Of a stretch of 64,000 bases of DNA, positions 26,169-36,370 are shown piece by piece. The stretch is taken from the NCBI GenBank assembly GCA_023488905.1, contig JAMDCQ010000010.1, positions 12-64,011 of the forward strand. The letters run 5' to 3'. Positions within the stretch are counted from its first letter, which is position 1. Each line of letters opens with the position of its first letter. The stretch is from Candidatus Bathyarchaeota archaeon. GTDB taxonomy: Archaea; Thermoproteota; Bathyarchaeia; Bathyarchaeales; Bathycorpusculaceae. Under the pieces are notes generated by a model, which searched no databases, was not told where the DNA came from, and worked only from the letters and a program-made list of their open reading frames with translations. The translations under genes and the position numbers were made by a program.

Positions 26169-26275
26169 TTTTTTTCCGCCCACAAAGAGCATAATTGATT
26201 GCCTGCTTTGTCTTCATTTTGACAGCCAGCTTTAAAAGCAAATGGGGAATCATCGTTAACTCGTTTGTGATCTCT

Positions 26276-26458
26276 ATGGGGAATGAGGGGAAAGGGACAT
26301 TATTTAGACGAAAAGACGATCGATATCTACTTTATCTGCCAGTTCGAGTGGTGGACGACAGCATGTTCCCGCTTAAATGTGACGGTTCCATGCCTGTTAA
26401 AGTGAAATTCAACCCAGCCGACGGCAAATTAATCGTGGAAAAATGGCGCGAAGAATAA
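26276..26458 (+). CDS. AbrB/SpoVT-like small DNA-binding protein (possible antitoxin type)
   Basis: MGNEGKGTLFRRKDDRYLLYLPVRVVDDSMFPL...DGKLIVEK resembles the swapped-hairpin AbrB pattern. Start placed at the internal Met of ORF 26195-26458. Confidence 0.35.
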   Translation: MGNEGKGTLFRRKDDRYLLYLPVRVVDDSMFPLKCDGSMPVKVKFNPADGKLIVEKWREE

Positions 26459-26552
26459 CCGCCTAATTTAACACTTTTTTGTCGCAGTCTTACAGTCACA
26501 TATTCTTTTAAAACATACCAGCTTTTGGCTTGGCTAAAGAGATGCCCTAAAC

Positions 26553-26678
26553 ATGTATGAAACCTACAAGTGCCCCATCTGCAAAACAGAATTCCAAAAC
26601 CCAGAAGAACTAAGACAACACAGACTGGCGACACATAAAGGCCACACGCACTTCGCCAAAGTGGGTGCTTCTCAGTAG
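26553..26678 (+). CDS. small C2H2 zinc-finger protein (41 aa, not in ORF track)
   Basis: MYETYKCPICKTEFQNPEELRQHRLATHKGHTHF has the CxxC-x12-HxxxxH pattern. Confidence 0.45.
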   Translation: MYETYKCPICKTEFQNPEELRQHRLATHKGHTHFAKVGASQ

Positions 26679-26750
26679 GTCTCTGTTGTTGCTGCATGTT
26701 GTTCGCCAACTATTTATCCATCAAAGAAACACTACAAATGAGGCAAGCCG

Positions 26751-27194
26751 ATGAAAGAACTTACCGTAACTAGTTCCGCCTTCAAAAACAATCAGCGTAT
26801 CCCCGAAAAATACACTTGCATAGGCGAAGGCATAAACCCGCAGCTCTCCATCGACGGCATTCCCGAAGGCACAAAAAGCCTTGCATTAATTTTTGATGAC
26901 CCTGACGCGGTAGGTGGAACCTTCGATCACTGGATACTCTACAACATCCCGCCCACCCAAAGCCAAATCGGCGAAAACTCTTTTGTAGGCATTGCGGGCT
27001 TAAACAGTGACCAGGAACCCGTCTATGCGCCGCCCTGTCCGCCGCCTGGCAAAAACCACCGCTACACTTTCAAAGTTTACGCGTTGGATGTTACGCTGAC
27101 TTTAGGCGGAAAAGCTGCGAAACGCGATGTTGAAAAAGCCATGAAAGGGCATCTCCTTGCCGAGGGAAAGCTGGTGGGGCTGTTTAACCGATAA
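26751..27194 (+). CDS. YbhB/YbcL-family PEBP (Raf-kinase-inhibitor-like) protein
   Basis: ALIFDDPDAVGGTFDHWILYNIP and GKNHRYTFKVYALD are PEBP signature blocks. Confidence 0.85.
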   Translation: MKELTVTSSAFKNNQRIPEKYTCIGEGINPQLSIDGIPEGTKSLALIFDDPDAVGGTFDHWILYNIPPTQSQIGENSFVGIAGLNSDQEPVYAPPCPPPGKNHRYTFKVYALDVTLTLGGKAAKRDVEKAMKGHLLAEGKLVGLFNR

Positions 27195-27264
27195 CAACCA
27201 AGCGACCTGTGGCGGATTTAGTTTAACGTTAAATAGTCATTTTGTTGATTATTATTGAGCAGGT

Positions 27265-28410
27265 TTGAACCGCAAACTCACCATAGCCATAACTGTCGTC
27301 TTGATTTTGGTTGTTGTTTTTTCGCTTTTTTTGGCGCAGCTCTTGCTTAGCAACAGCCAAGCACAACCCCGAGAATTCTACGTAGGCGTCATGTTCGCGT
27401 ATGGCAATGAAACCTCGCAGGTGAAAGCGTTGGTTGATAAAGTGAAGGATTACACCAATCTCTTTATACTCGGTTCAGTGGACCTGTTATCTAACGAATC
27501 TGCCCTCAACGAAGCCTGCGACTACATCTACAACGCAAACCTAAACTTTATCGTCCAGTTCCGAGGACTCCAAATATACAACTACACCATCACTGACTGG
27601 ATCGAGACGGCACACCAAAGGTACGGTGACCTCTTTTTAGGCATCTACCGCTACGATGAACCCGGCGGAAACCAAGTTGACAACGGTCCCGCCCAACTCA
27701 TAAACAGCACAGCTTACACGCCCGGCATGACCTACGTAGACATGGCTCGGAGCTACGTGGGTAACCTCTCCGTTTTTCCCTGCTACTACCTCGACTATAC
27801 ACCAAAGATGTTCACTTCAGACTACGCACTTTATTGGTTTGACTACCAAGCAGACTACACTACGATCTTCGCCGAATTTGTGGGCAACCAGAGCAGAGAA
27901 CGCCACATCGCCCTATGCCGAGGCGCAGCGGAAGCCTTCGATAAAGACTGGGGCGCCGTAGTGACATGGAAATATGATCAAGCACCCTACCTTGAGAGCG
28001 GAGAGGAACTCTACAGCGACTTGGCTTTGGCGTACAGTGCAGGCGCCAAATACGCCCTCGTCTTTAGTTACCCAGAAGTTACTGACTTTGGAATCTTGGC
28101 GGAGGAGCACTTTGACGCTCTAAGGCGTTTCTGGGATACCTTGCATAGTAACCCCGCAAGCTTTGGCACAAACAACCCCGAAGTCGCCTACGTCGTGCCC
28201 GCGGATTACGGTTTTGGTTTCCGAAGACCAGACGACACCATCTGGGGCCTGTTCCCACCCGACGAATACTCGGCTAAAATCTTCAACGACGCCCAAGCGT
28301 TAACTACCACGTATGGTGCACGCTTAAACATCTTCTACGACGAACCACAAATAGCAACTCTGCTGGGGAACTACACAAGGGTCTATTATTGGAACCAAAC
28401 AATCCCCTAA
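27265..28410 (+). CDS. hypothetical N-terminally anchored extracytoplasmic protein
   Basis: 381-aa ORF with an N-terminal TM helix and several N-x-S/T sequons. No catalytic motif recognised. Confidence 0.55.
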   Translation: MNRKLTIAITVVLILVVVFSLFLAQLLLSNSQAQPREFYVGVMFAYGNETSQVKALVDKVKDYTNLFILGSVDLLSNESALNEACDYIYNANLNFIVQFRGLQIYNYTITDWIETAHQRYGDLFLGIYRYDEPGGNQVDNGPAQLINSTAYTPGMTYVDMARSYVGNLSVFPCYYLDYTPKMFTSDYALYWFDYQADYTTIFAEFVGNQSRERHIALCRGAAEAFDKDWGAVVTWKYDQAPYLESGEELYSDLALAYSAGAKYALVFSYPEVTDFGILAEEHFDALRRFWDTLHSNPASFGTNNPEVAYVVPADYGFGFRRPDDTIWGLFPPDEYSAKIFNDAQALTTTYGARLNIFYDEPQIATLLGNYTRVYYWNQTIP

Positions 28411-28486
28411 AAAGCCCGTCATATTTGCCGCCTATTAGCGGTTCTATGTTGAAAACTATAAGAGGGGGCTCAGTAATGGCTGTTTT

Positions 28487-29128
28487 TCAACCAAACCGAG
28501 CTTTTTTCTGCTTCTTTTTGGGTGCCGCCTTGGGTTTGCTCATCGCGAAAGCTTTCCTCAAATCCGCTGGAGTGGTTGCGGTGAAAAAGGATTTGAAGTC
28601 AGGGTCAATCTGCTCAATAACCATCGTTGAGAGGTAACGTACGCCTCGTAGCTTCTCCACCATAGCTTCCATGTCAACTTCGCCCTCCGCCAATGCCGCC
28701 CTGGAGGCGTCAAGCGCCATTTTGGTGCAGTAAACCGCATGTAGCGGTTCGCATTCTTGGTTAGTCCAACGGGGCACCACCGCCGCCTTACCAACGCATA
28801 ACTCAAACAGCAACGACAGAAGCTCATGCGAAACAAAGGGGCTGCCAGCAGGCAAAACCAGAGTGTAGTCGCCTTTGGTTGCTTCAAAACCCGCCAACGC
28901 CCCAGATAATGCGCTCTCGTCTTTGCTTTCGTTAACTGTAAACCTTATGTCGGGTGCGACGAATTTGGCGTAGGCGTCGGCGCATTCCTGCGAATCAACA
29001 ACCACCACTATCTCGTCGACAAGGTCTCCTATTGCGGTTACTACGTAGTTTAGTAGGGGTTTGCCTTCTAACTCTGCAACTGCCTGTGCGCTAATTCCAC
29101 CTGCTAAAATAACTGCTGACCTATCCAT
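28487..29128 (-). CDS. MobA-like NTP transferase (molybdenum cofactor guanylyl/cytidylyl-transferase family)
   Basis: The N-terminal AVILAGGIS...GKPLL nucleotide-binding motif and the ~190-aa core fit the family. Lys-rich tail. Confidence 0.65.
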   Translation of the reverse strand: MDRSAVILAGGISAQAVAELEGKPLLNYVVTAIGDLVDEIVVVVDSQECADAYAKFVAPDIRFTVNESKDESALSGALAGFEATKGDYTLVLPAGSPFVSHELLSLLFELCVGKAAVVPRWTNQECEPLHAVYCTKMALDASRAALAEGEVDMEAMVEKLRGVRYLSTMVIEQIDPDFKSFFTATTPADLRKAFAMSKPKAAPKKKQKKARFG

Positions 29129-29218
29129 AACAACATCACAATGGCAATCCTAGCATGTATAGTAGAGTTTAAGTTTTTTGCACAGCACTGCGTGCAAACA
29201 GACGGGGAAAAAGGGGGG

Positions 29219-30910
29219 TTAGATTTCGGCTTTGCGAATCAATCCTTCTGCGCTGTTGAGGTTTATTCGGTAGAACACAACTGTGATGACTGCGGCGATG
29301 ACGGCGCTGATTATTACGGGGAGTGTGAAGTCGATGGCGGCAAGGGATTCAAATGTGAGGGGGGAGGACAGCAGCATGCCGAGGAGGGAGGGTATGAAGG
29401 GGGAGAGTATGCCTAGGGCGGCTAGTGCGCAGGCACCTAAGCTCATGTATGACCATGAGGGGCGTATCATTCGGGGTCTTGGAGTAACAGAGAAATCAGC
29501 GCCCTTGAAGCCGATAGATAACGCAATGGAGCCCAATGGGAAAACTAAGAAGAGCCCTTCTAGGAAGCCGACTGCGATTATGTTTATCGGCGGATTGTAG
29601 AATATTGTGCCTATTGTTCCCGTTATGAGCAGCGTGACTATCGCGAAGAAGAGTAGGAAAGCAAATTTGCTCTTAACCAAGTTCTTGGGCGATATTGGCG
29701 ATGCGTAGATTCTCCACACTGCTTCGCCTTCTTCGCCTATCAACATGTTTCCAAGCGACATAGCCATGATGCTTGAGGATAACAGGAAAATCATCCCCAG
29801 AAACATTAAGCTGACTTCTTGTGGTGCCCCTTGATTGGTGATACCGATGGACTGCATCAGCGGGATTATGACGAAAACTATGGGTACGATGAATAAACCG
29901 ATTAGTTCCCGTCTGCGAGTGAAGGAGCGAATGTCTTTGCGTATTATTGCTGCTTCAGCGGAGGTGAAGCCGAGTTTGCCCAGCATTCCTGTTTTTGGTG
30001 CGTATGTTCCGCCTGCTTGGATGCGGATTGCGGGTGGCTCGTAGAGTCCGAAGCGCTCATTGAGTTTTATGCCTAGATAGTAGAGTGCGGCTATGAACGC
30101 AGCTGTTAATGCAATGAAGAGTAGACCTTCTAGGATTATGCCGTTGTATAGATAGAAGAGTGTTAAACCTGGCCAGATGAAGGGGATAAACCAGAAAGAA
30201 CTTTGGAAGGTGTTTAAGCCTTGAATGAAGTTTGTGAAGCCCTGTGTTATCGAGAAGTAGACGACGTAGAAGATCAAGAAGAATGTGATAGAGCCAATGA
30301 ATCTGACCCAGACGGCTGCTCTGCCGCTTGACTTGTAAACTGCGCCAGTGAAACGCACTTGAATGATCCTTAGGATCTCGGTAGTGGAGCTACCCATGAA
30401 TGCCGCAGCTAACATGAAAACTGTAGTTACGAGCGCGGGCAAGATTAAACCGTTGAAGCCTGCAAAGACAAGCAGCCCAGCCGAGAAACCTATAGTCAAC
30501 GCAACGGGTAACCCCAGCAAATTAGACAGTATGGATGCTAAGGTTTGTTCCTGCCACGTAATGGGTAACCAGTAGTTTACCCGTGTGGTCACTTTGACGC
30601 CGCTTAGTTGAATTTGCTGCAGCATCGAGAAAACAATGCTGAAAATCAGCACCAGTGTGGGCATGATGATAAAGAAGCCTAGTGCAGAAGTCTCAAGTGA
30701 AGGCAAGGGAATTTCGCTGGGTGCCGAGTAGACTTCAGCGGCGATTGCGTTTGCGCCCAAACCGCCAAGGACACCGATTATAGCTGCAACCCAGTAGGGC
30801 CAATAAGCCAAAATGCGGTTTTCCCTATAGCGGGTCTTTTTTACACCTCGAATGAGCCTGCCTGATTTGCGCTCAACCCGTATCAGGGCGAGAACGTTTT
30901 TCCAGTTCAT
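29219..30910 (-). CDS. polytopic membrane permease of ABC-2-type exporter
   Basis: 563 aa with more than 10 TM segments. Overlaps the upstream ABC ATPase gene by 4 nt. Confidence 0.65.
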   Translation of the reverse strand: MNWKNVLALIRVERKSGRLIRGVKKTRYRENRILAYWPYWVAAIIGVLGGLGANAIAAEVYSAPSEIPLPSLETSALGFFIIMPTLVLIFSIVFSMLQQIQLSGVKVTTRVNYWLPITWQEQTLASILSNLLGLPVALTIGFSAGLLVFAGFNGLILPALVTTVFMLAAAFMGSSTTEILRIIQVRFTGAVYKSSGRAAVWVRFIGSITFFLIFYVVYFSITQGFTNFIQGLNTFQSSFWFIPFIWPGLTLFYLYNGIILEGLLFIALTAAFIAALYYLGIKLNERFGLYEPPAIRIQAGGTYAPKTGMLGKLGFTSAEAAIIRKDIRSFTRRRELIGLFIVPIVFVIIPLMQSIGITNQGAPQEVSLMFLGMIFLLSSSIMAMSLGNMLIGEEGEAVWRIYASPISPKNLVKSKFAFLLFFAIVTLLITGTIGTIFYNPPINIIAVGFLEGLFLVFPLGSIALSIGFKGADFSVTPRPRMIRPSWSYMSLGACALAALGILSPFIPSLLGMLLSSPLTFESLAAIDFTLPVIISAVIAAVITVVFYRINLNSAEGLIRKAEI

Positions 30911-31686
30911 CGGAGAAGTTCCTCAACGACGGGTTTTAAGTCGCCTGTTCCGGTTAACTTGAGGAATATGTCTTCTAAGCCGCTACTGGGTAAACTTGCT
31001 TTTTCTCTAAGCTCGTTAATGGTGCCCAAAGCCAAGATGTTGCCTTGGTACATGATGCCGATTCGGTCGCATACTGCTTCGGCGATTTCAAGCACGTGTG
31101 TGGATAGGATGGTGGTTACGCCTTGCAGTTTGAGTTGATGGAACAGGTCTTTGGCGATTCTTGCGCTTCGGGGGTCTAAGGCGTTTAGGGGTTCATCGAG
31201 TATGAGGAGTTTGGGTTTGTTGAGGAACGCTGAGATTAAGCTGAGTTTCTTCTTCATGCCATCAGAGTAGCTGTTTATCATGTCGCCTTCTCGGCCTTCA
31301 AGCTGGAGGGCTTTTAAGTACTCGTTTATGCGTTGCTGCTTCTCAGCTGGCGGCACGCCGTAGATGTCGGCGATGAAATCGAGGTATTCTATTCCAGTTA
31401 AAAACTCATATACGCTGGGCGATTCGGGGACGTAACCAACCTGCTGCTTGACAGCGACGGGTTCTTTCTGTACGTCTAGGCCTAGTACGGTGACGGAGCC
31501 GGCGGTTGGTTGCACCAATCCTAAGAGCATTTTTAGGGTGGTGGATTTGCCTGAGCCGTTTGGGCCTAGGAGTGCGAAGATTTCGCCTGTTTGTATGGTT
31601 AGGTCGATGTTGTTTACGGCGACTAATTCGTCGTAGCGTTTTGTTACTGCTTTTAGTTCTACTGCGTTGGGGGCTTCCATGTTCAA
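30907..31686 (-). CDS. ABC transporter ATP-binding protein (ABC-2/DrrA-like)
   Basis: Walker A GPNGSGKST, signature YSDGMKKKL and Walker B LILDEP. Confidence 0.9.
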   Translation of the reverse strand: MNMEAPNAVELKAVTKRYDELVAVNNIDLTIQTGEIFALLGPNGSGKSTTLKMLLGLVQPTAGSVTVLGLDVQKEPVAVKQQVGYVPESPSVYEFLTGIEYLDFIADIYGVPPAEKQQRINEYLKALQLEGREGDMINSYSDGMKKKLSLISAFLNKPKLLILDEPLNALDPRSARIAKDLFHQLKLQGVTTILSTHVLEIAEAVCDRIGIMYQGNILALGTINELREKASLPSSGLEDIFLKLTGTGDLKPVVEELLR

Positions 31687-31925
31687 ATCACCCTATTTTT
31701 ACCAAAATACAGTAAAGATTTACCTTTAAATATTTCGGTAAACTAATTCAGGTAGGCCACTTCCCAATAGAAAGCCATCAGTATTTAAGCCTACAGCAAA
31801 TTCCACGATTCAACAACAAACAAGCGCCTTACCACCAAAAAACCAACTCAGCCCTCATAAGTGAGTCAACAAAATTAATTAAGACTGCCAAGTACATGGT
31901 ACACAAAAACGGCTGAGCCCCAAAA

Positions 31926-33305
31926 ATGAAAGCTGCCCTAAAAACAGTTCTTTCTAAACGCGCCATCACCATCGTCCTTTCAGCCCTGCTCATAATGACC
32001 GCCATAAACACCTACCTGATTTTGGAGGGCACCCGCTTAGCCAACATCACCAACGTAGTAAACTATGACTTTGTGCTCTCTCAGGACGGCGTCACCTACA
32101 AACTCAAAAATAGCTACACAGGCTACATCTCTGAGCATCCAAAAAGCGCTTCCTCAGCGCTTAACGCGGCGTTTTCGCAGGGCAAATCCGTCTACCTAAA
32201 CCCCGGGACATACGAGTTAACCGACGACGTCTACGTGGTCAATAAGTTTGATGCGAAAATCGTTAGTGACGAAGCCATAATTCAGGGTAACGGATACAAA
32301 ATCGTTGTTTACGGGGATGACTACACTAAATCACAGGACGCATTGATTTCGGGGTTAACAATCATAAATGCGACGGTTCGAGTTGAGAACTCTTTTGCCA
32401 CAACCATAACCAACACCAAATTCATCAACGCAACCACAGGCATAGAATTCGCAAACACAAACACATGGAGCGAATACAACAAAGTGGAGAATTGCCAGTT
32501 CATCAACAACACCGAAGGCATCGCTTTCCGAACCCCCGTCAACGGCACCCAAATCGGCAACGACATCGGGAACACCACTGGTTCCTACGCATCCTCCGTA
32601 ATCGAACGCTGCTACTTTAACATCCAAGACTTCTCAGTGGGCATAAGCGTAGAAAAGTGGGCAGAATTCTCTGACAGCCAAATTCAAAATGTACGCTTCT
32701 GGATGGGAGAAAACGACCATCGCAGTAACCAAACCGCACTGCACGTAGATGGCTCCATGTATCAGACGCTGCTGTTTGGAGTGGTTTTTGAGTGTTTCAC
32801 CTCTGACCCAATTTACATATTTGCCATAGACTTAGGCGAAAACTGTGATCCCGCGCCCATTCTTGACGGTGGCGTAAGCTTCTTGGGCAACTGGACTACA
32901 CGAATTCATAATCCATTCGGGATTTGGCTTTCGGGCGTAGGAAGCGTGTTTGAGCGGGAGGTTGCAGTTCCAATCGGCGTCAACGGGCAATACGGCGGAA
33001 ACGCAAGCATAGAGTGCAAACCACTCAAGATTTTTAACTTTAAACCCAAAATCGAGGTTTCAGGCAGCTTCAGCCAAAACGAAATCGTTACGGTACGAAT
33101 CCGAATAGAATACATCGACAACGTTATTTCCAGTCCCGTTACTCGAACCTTCAATGGTAGCGGCTCAGCGTGGCTGACTGATGATGAAATGATGCAACTT
33201 TATTCGTCTCAGAGTATTGTTTGGGCGATAATTGTTGATGCTAAAACAAACGTGGGTTCAACTGGGGCGTCGGTTACAGTGACGGGTTACGGCGCATCAG
33301 GGTAG
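31926..33305 (+). CDS. secreted or anchored protein with right-handed parallel beta-helix (PbH1) repeats
   Basis: N-terminal TM or signal segment. Repeated ~22-aa units such as ITNTKFINATTGIEFANT and VENCQFINNTEGIAFRT. Confidence 0.55.
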   Translation: MKAALKTVLSKRAITIVLSALLIMTAINTYLILEGTRLANITNVVNYDFVLSQDGVTYKLKNSYTGYISEHPKSASSALNAAFSQGKSVYLNPGTYELTDDVYVVNKFDAKIVSDEAIIQGNGYKIVVYGDDYTKSQDALISGLTIINATVRVENSFATTITNTKFINATTGIEFANTNTWSEYNKVENCQFINNTEGIAFRTPVNGTQIGNDIGNTTGSYASSVIERCYFNIQDFSVGISVEKWAEFSDSQIQNVRFWMGENDHRSNQTALHVDGSMYQTLLFGVVFECFTSDPIYIFAIDLGENCDPAPILDGGVSFLGNWTTRIHNPFGIWLSGVGSVFEREVAVPIGVNGQYGGNASIECKPLKIFNFKPKIEVSGSFSQNEIVTVRIRIEYIDNVISSPVTRTFNGSGSAWLTDDEMMQLYSSQSIVWAIIVDAKTNVGSTGASVTVTGYGASG

Positions 33306-33357
33306 ACTTGAGGTCACAAAAGAGCGCAAAAACCTTGAGTTTACGACCCCTTTAGCG

Positions 33358-33762
33358 CTATGGGTGAAACACAATTGGAAAAATGCACTCCATGAAAGCA
33401 GTAAGATCCTCGCGCGATTCTTTAAATTTCTCTATCCTCTTCTGGCCCTTTGGGGCTAAGCTAAAAGAGGTTTTCTTTGCAACTTTCTCGCTTTTAACAA
33501 AACCCTTTCGTTCCATAGCGTAAAGTGCTGCATACACTGTACCTGGACTTAGTGCAAGTGCGAACTTTTGATTAAGAGTAACGACTAAATCGTACCCGCT
33601 TAATCCTTCGTCATTTCTAAGTTCTATTAGAATGATTAAGTCCAGAAATTCTTTGACAATCCGCACTTTAATTTCCTGTACCGTTAATGAGTCATCAGAT
33701 TCGGGATGGTTTTGTGGATTCATCAGTTCAGATTGGCATTTTTGCCATATAACGTTTTGCAT
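33358..33762 (-). CDS. PadR-family transcriptional regulator
   Basis: LIILIELRNDEGLSGYDLV...PGTVYAALYAMERKGFV is the PadR signature. Confidence 0.8.
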   Translation of the reverse strand: MQNVIWQKCQSELMNPQNHPESDDSLTVQEIKVRIVKEFLDLIILIELRNDEGLSGYDLVVTLNQKFALALSPGTVYAALYAMERKGFVKSEKVAKKTSFSLAPKGQKRIEKFKESREDLTAFMECIFPIVFHP

Positions 33763-33840
33763 AACCTTATCAGAAGCAAAAAAAGAGAAAGAAAGAGTTA
33801 ACTGACAGTAAAGGCAGCCAAAATCCCGTGGTCTCTTTTC

Positions 33841-33865
33841 AAGGGGGTCTAGTCACGGCAGAGCA
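33841..33865. repeat. left arm of perfect 25-bp inverted repeat (AAGGGGGTCTAGTCACGGCAGAGCA)
   Basis: Exact reverse complement of 36242-36266. Confidence 0.9.
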
Positions 33866-33936
33866 GCAACATGCGACATGTTTGATGTAAGTTTAAATCT
33901 AAACCTAAACATTACTTCTCAAAGGAGCTTGACGAA

Positions 33937-34743
33937 GTGTCATTTGTCTTCAACATACCCTACCGCGACAACATCAAACTTAAGCAGGTAATGGAGAAAG
34001 TCAAAAAAGACAAAAAACTCCAAACCTACTGGAAATGCTCAAACGTTATGGCTATAGAGCGCATGGGCTACACTGACCATGGACCAACCCACGTTAAAAT
34101 CGTAGCCAACATCGCGTTGCGGCTTCTGCGCATTTTGGTTGAAAAGAAACTCATCACCCCAAGCATTGTGGAGAGCTACAAGATGAACAATGACGACGCC
34201 GAAGTCGTAGTCGTTTTAGGTTCAATCCTGCATGATTTGGGTATGATTGTACAGCGGTTAAATCACGAAAAATACAGCGCAACACTTGCACTCACCGTTT
34301 TAGACAACCTCTTAACGCCGACCTACGACGAGGAAGAACGCGTCATCATAACCTCAGAAGTGCTACACGCCATCGTCTGCCACGAGGAGCAACCCAACAA
34401 TGAACCCGCAAACAGAATCCTCACCAAAGAAGCAGGTATAGTGGGCATCGCGGACGCGTTGGATATGGAAGCTGGCAGAGCAAGGATTCCGTTTAATGCA
34501 GGAAAAATCGACATCCACGCCGTCTCAGCGCTCAGCATTGAGAAAGTCGAAGTAGAAGTAACAGAGGGCGCACCTAAACCTATCACCATAAAAATCAAAA
34601 TGTCCAACTCCGCAGGTGTTTTCCAAATCGACGAACTCCTCAAACCCCGCATCATCAAATCGGGGCTAGAAAAATTCTTTCACGTAACCGCAGAAATCAC
34701 GGGCGAAAAAGAAACCCGTATAATAGAAAAATTCGAAATCTAA
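33937..34743 (+). CDS. HD-domain phosphohydrolase
   Basis: HGPTHVKIV...LGSILHDLGM supplies the H...HD metal motif. GTG start preceded by AAGGAG. Confidence 0.7.
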   Translation: MSFVFNIPYRDNIKLKQVMEKVKKDKKLQTYWKCSNVMAIERMGYTDHGPTHVKIVANIALRLLRILVEKKLITPSIVESYKMNNDDAEVVVVLGSILHDLGMIVQRLNHEKYSATLALTVLDNLLTPTYDEEERVIITSEVLHAIVCHEEQPNNEPANRILTKEAGIVGIADALDMEAGRARIPFNAGKIDIHAVSALSIEKVEVEVTEGAPKPITIKIKMSNSAGVFQIDELLKPRIIKSGLEKFFHVTAEITGEKETRIIEKFEI

Positions 34744-34837
34744 ATTTCCCCTTTTGCAAAGAACATTAAAGCCACTTAGACAATATTAAAGGCTAAAAAG
34801 ATAACCGTACAAATAACACGGCAGGAGAAATGGTTAG

Positions 34838-36220
34838 GTGGATACCAGAAAAGAAGTTGACCCCTTAGGCGAACGCGCCATCCCCCAAAACGCCTACTTT
34901 GGCATTCAAACGTTTAGGGCAACAGAAAACTTTCCCGTAAGCGGACTAAAAGCACCCATCCAAATCATCAAAGCATACGCGCTCATCAAAAAAGCCGCCG
35001 CAGCCGCGAACATGCAGGTGGGGTGGCTGGACCAAAAAATCGGCAAAGCCATCATAGCCGCCTGTGACGAAGTTCTCGATGGCAAACTCGTTGACCAATT
35101 CGTGGTGGATGTTTTCCAAGCGGGCGCAGGAACATCGTTTAACATGAACACCAACGAAGTCCTCGCTAATCGGACGCTCGAAATCTTGGGTAAATCCAAA
35201 GGCGACTACAAATCGGTGAGCCCAAACGATCACGTCAACATGGCGCAATCCACCAACGACACATACCCAACTGCGCTTCACGTGTCAGTTTTGATAGCGC
35301 TTCAACCCCTGCTAAAAGCGCTCGACGAGTTGGCTGCCGCTTTCGAGGAGTTAGCCAAGAAAAACGCGGACGTACTGAAGTCTGGCAGGACGCATTTGCA
35401 GGATGCTGTTCCAGTCACTATGGGGCAGGAATTCTCCGCTTACGCCTCAGCCATCACCCACGCCGCCGCTGAGCTGCGCAAACGCCAAGAAAACCTCTAC
35501 ATGGTCGCTTTAGGCGGCACCGCCACCGGAACAGGCGCCAACAGCCACCCAAAATACAAACGGCTTGCAGTGGCAGAACTCGCCAAACTTTCTGGTTTTC
35601 CACTTAAACCTGCAGCTAACAATTTTGAGGCGCTACAAAGCCACAGGGCGGCGCAAACGGTTTCCAGCGGCTTAAAAGAACTCGCCTTAGAACTTATCCG
35701 CATTGCTAACGATTTGCGGTTGCTTGCTTCTGGGCCGACAACGGGCTTAAACGAAATTACCTTGCCGCCTGTGCAGCCTGGTTCATCGATTATGCCTGGC
35801 AAAGTTAACCCTGTGATGGCGGAGTGCCTCAACATGGTTGCTTACCAAGTAGTCGGCTGCGACGCCGCCGTTTCCATGGCGGTGCAAGCGGGGCAACTGG
35901 AACTAAACGTCATGACACCCGCAATCGCCTACAACATGCTCTTCAGCATCCAAATCCTGAGCAATTACATTCCAGTATTCACCGAGCGATGCGTCAGGGG
36001 CATAACTGTGGACGAGAAACGCTGCGAACAATACCTCGAAAAAAATCCCTCGCTTGCCACTCTGCTGGCGCCCAAAATAGGGTATTTGGAAGCGGCAAAA
36101 ATTGCTAAACAAGCTCAAGCAGAGAACCGCACCGTAAAAGAGGTAGCGCTCGAAAAGGGATTGCCTAAAGCTGAGTTGGAGCGGGTTTTCAGCCGCAAAA
36201 ACCTCCTAAACGAGCAGTAA
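34838..36220 (+). CDS. aspA: aspartate ammonia-lyase / class II fumarase family lyase (AspA-like)
   Basis: Signature GSSIMPGKVNP is present. YFGIQTFRATENF and NMAQSTNDTYPTA resemble AspA more than FumC (GAQTQRS, NRSQSSND). Confidence 0.75.
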   Translation: MDTRKEVDPLGERAIPQNAYFGIQTFRATENFPVSGLKAPIQIIKAYALIKKAAAAANMQVGWLDQKIGKAIIAACDEVLDGKLVDQFVVDVFQAGAGTSFNMNTNEVLANRTLEILGKSKGDYKSVSPNDHVNMAQSTNDTYPTALHVSVLIALQPLLKALDELAAAFEELAKKNADVLKSGRTHLQDAVPVTMGQEFSAYASAITHAAAELRKRQENLYMVALGGTATGTGANSHPKYKRLAVAELAKLSGFPLKPAANNFEALQSHRAAQTVSSGLKELALELIRIANDLRLLASGPTTGLNEITLPPVQPGSSIMPGKVNPVMAECLNMVAYQVVGCDAAVSMAVQAGQLELNVMTPAIAYNMLFSIQILSNYIPVFTERCVRGITVDEKRCEQYLEKNPSLATLLAPKIGYLEAAKIAKQAQAENRTVKEVALEKGLPKAELERVFSRKNLLNEQ

Positions 36221-36241
36221 CCCAGCTACTTTGCTACGCGT

Positions 36242-36266
36242 TGCTCTGCCGTGACTAGACCCCCTT
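36242..36266. repeat. right arm of perfect 25-bp inverted repeat
   Basis: TGCTCTGCCGTGACTAGACCCCCTT, the reverse complement of 33841-33865. Confidence 0.9.
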
Positions 36267-36370
36267 ATTTAAAGGCGGATACGAAAACGTATGCGGAAGC
36301 TTGAGGAGTTTGTTGCTCTCAGCGACCTCCCCTCCCCCTATATAAAGCAGAAAACGCTAATACCCTAAAG

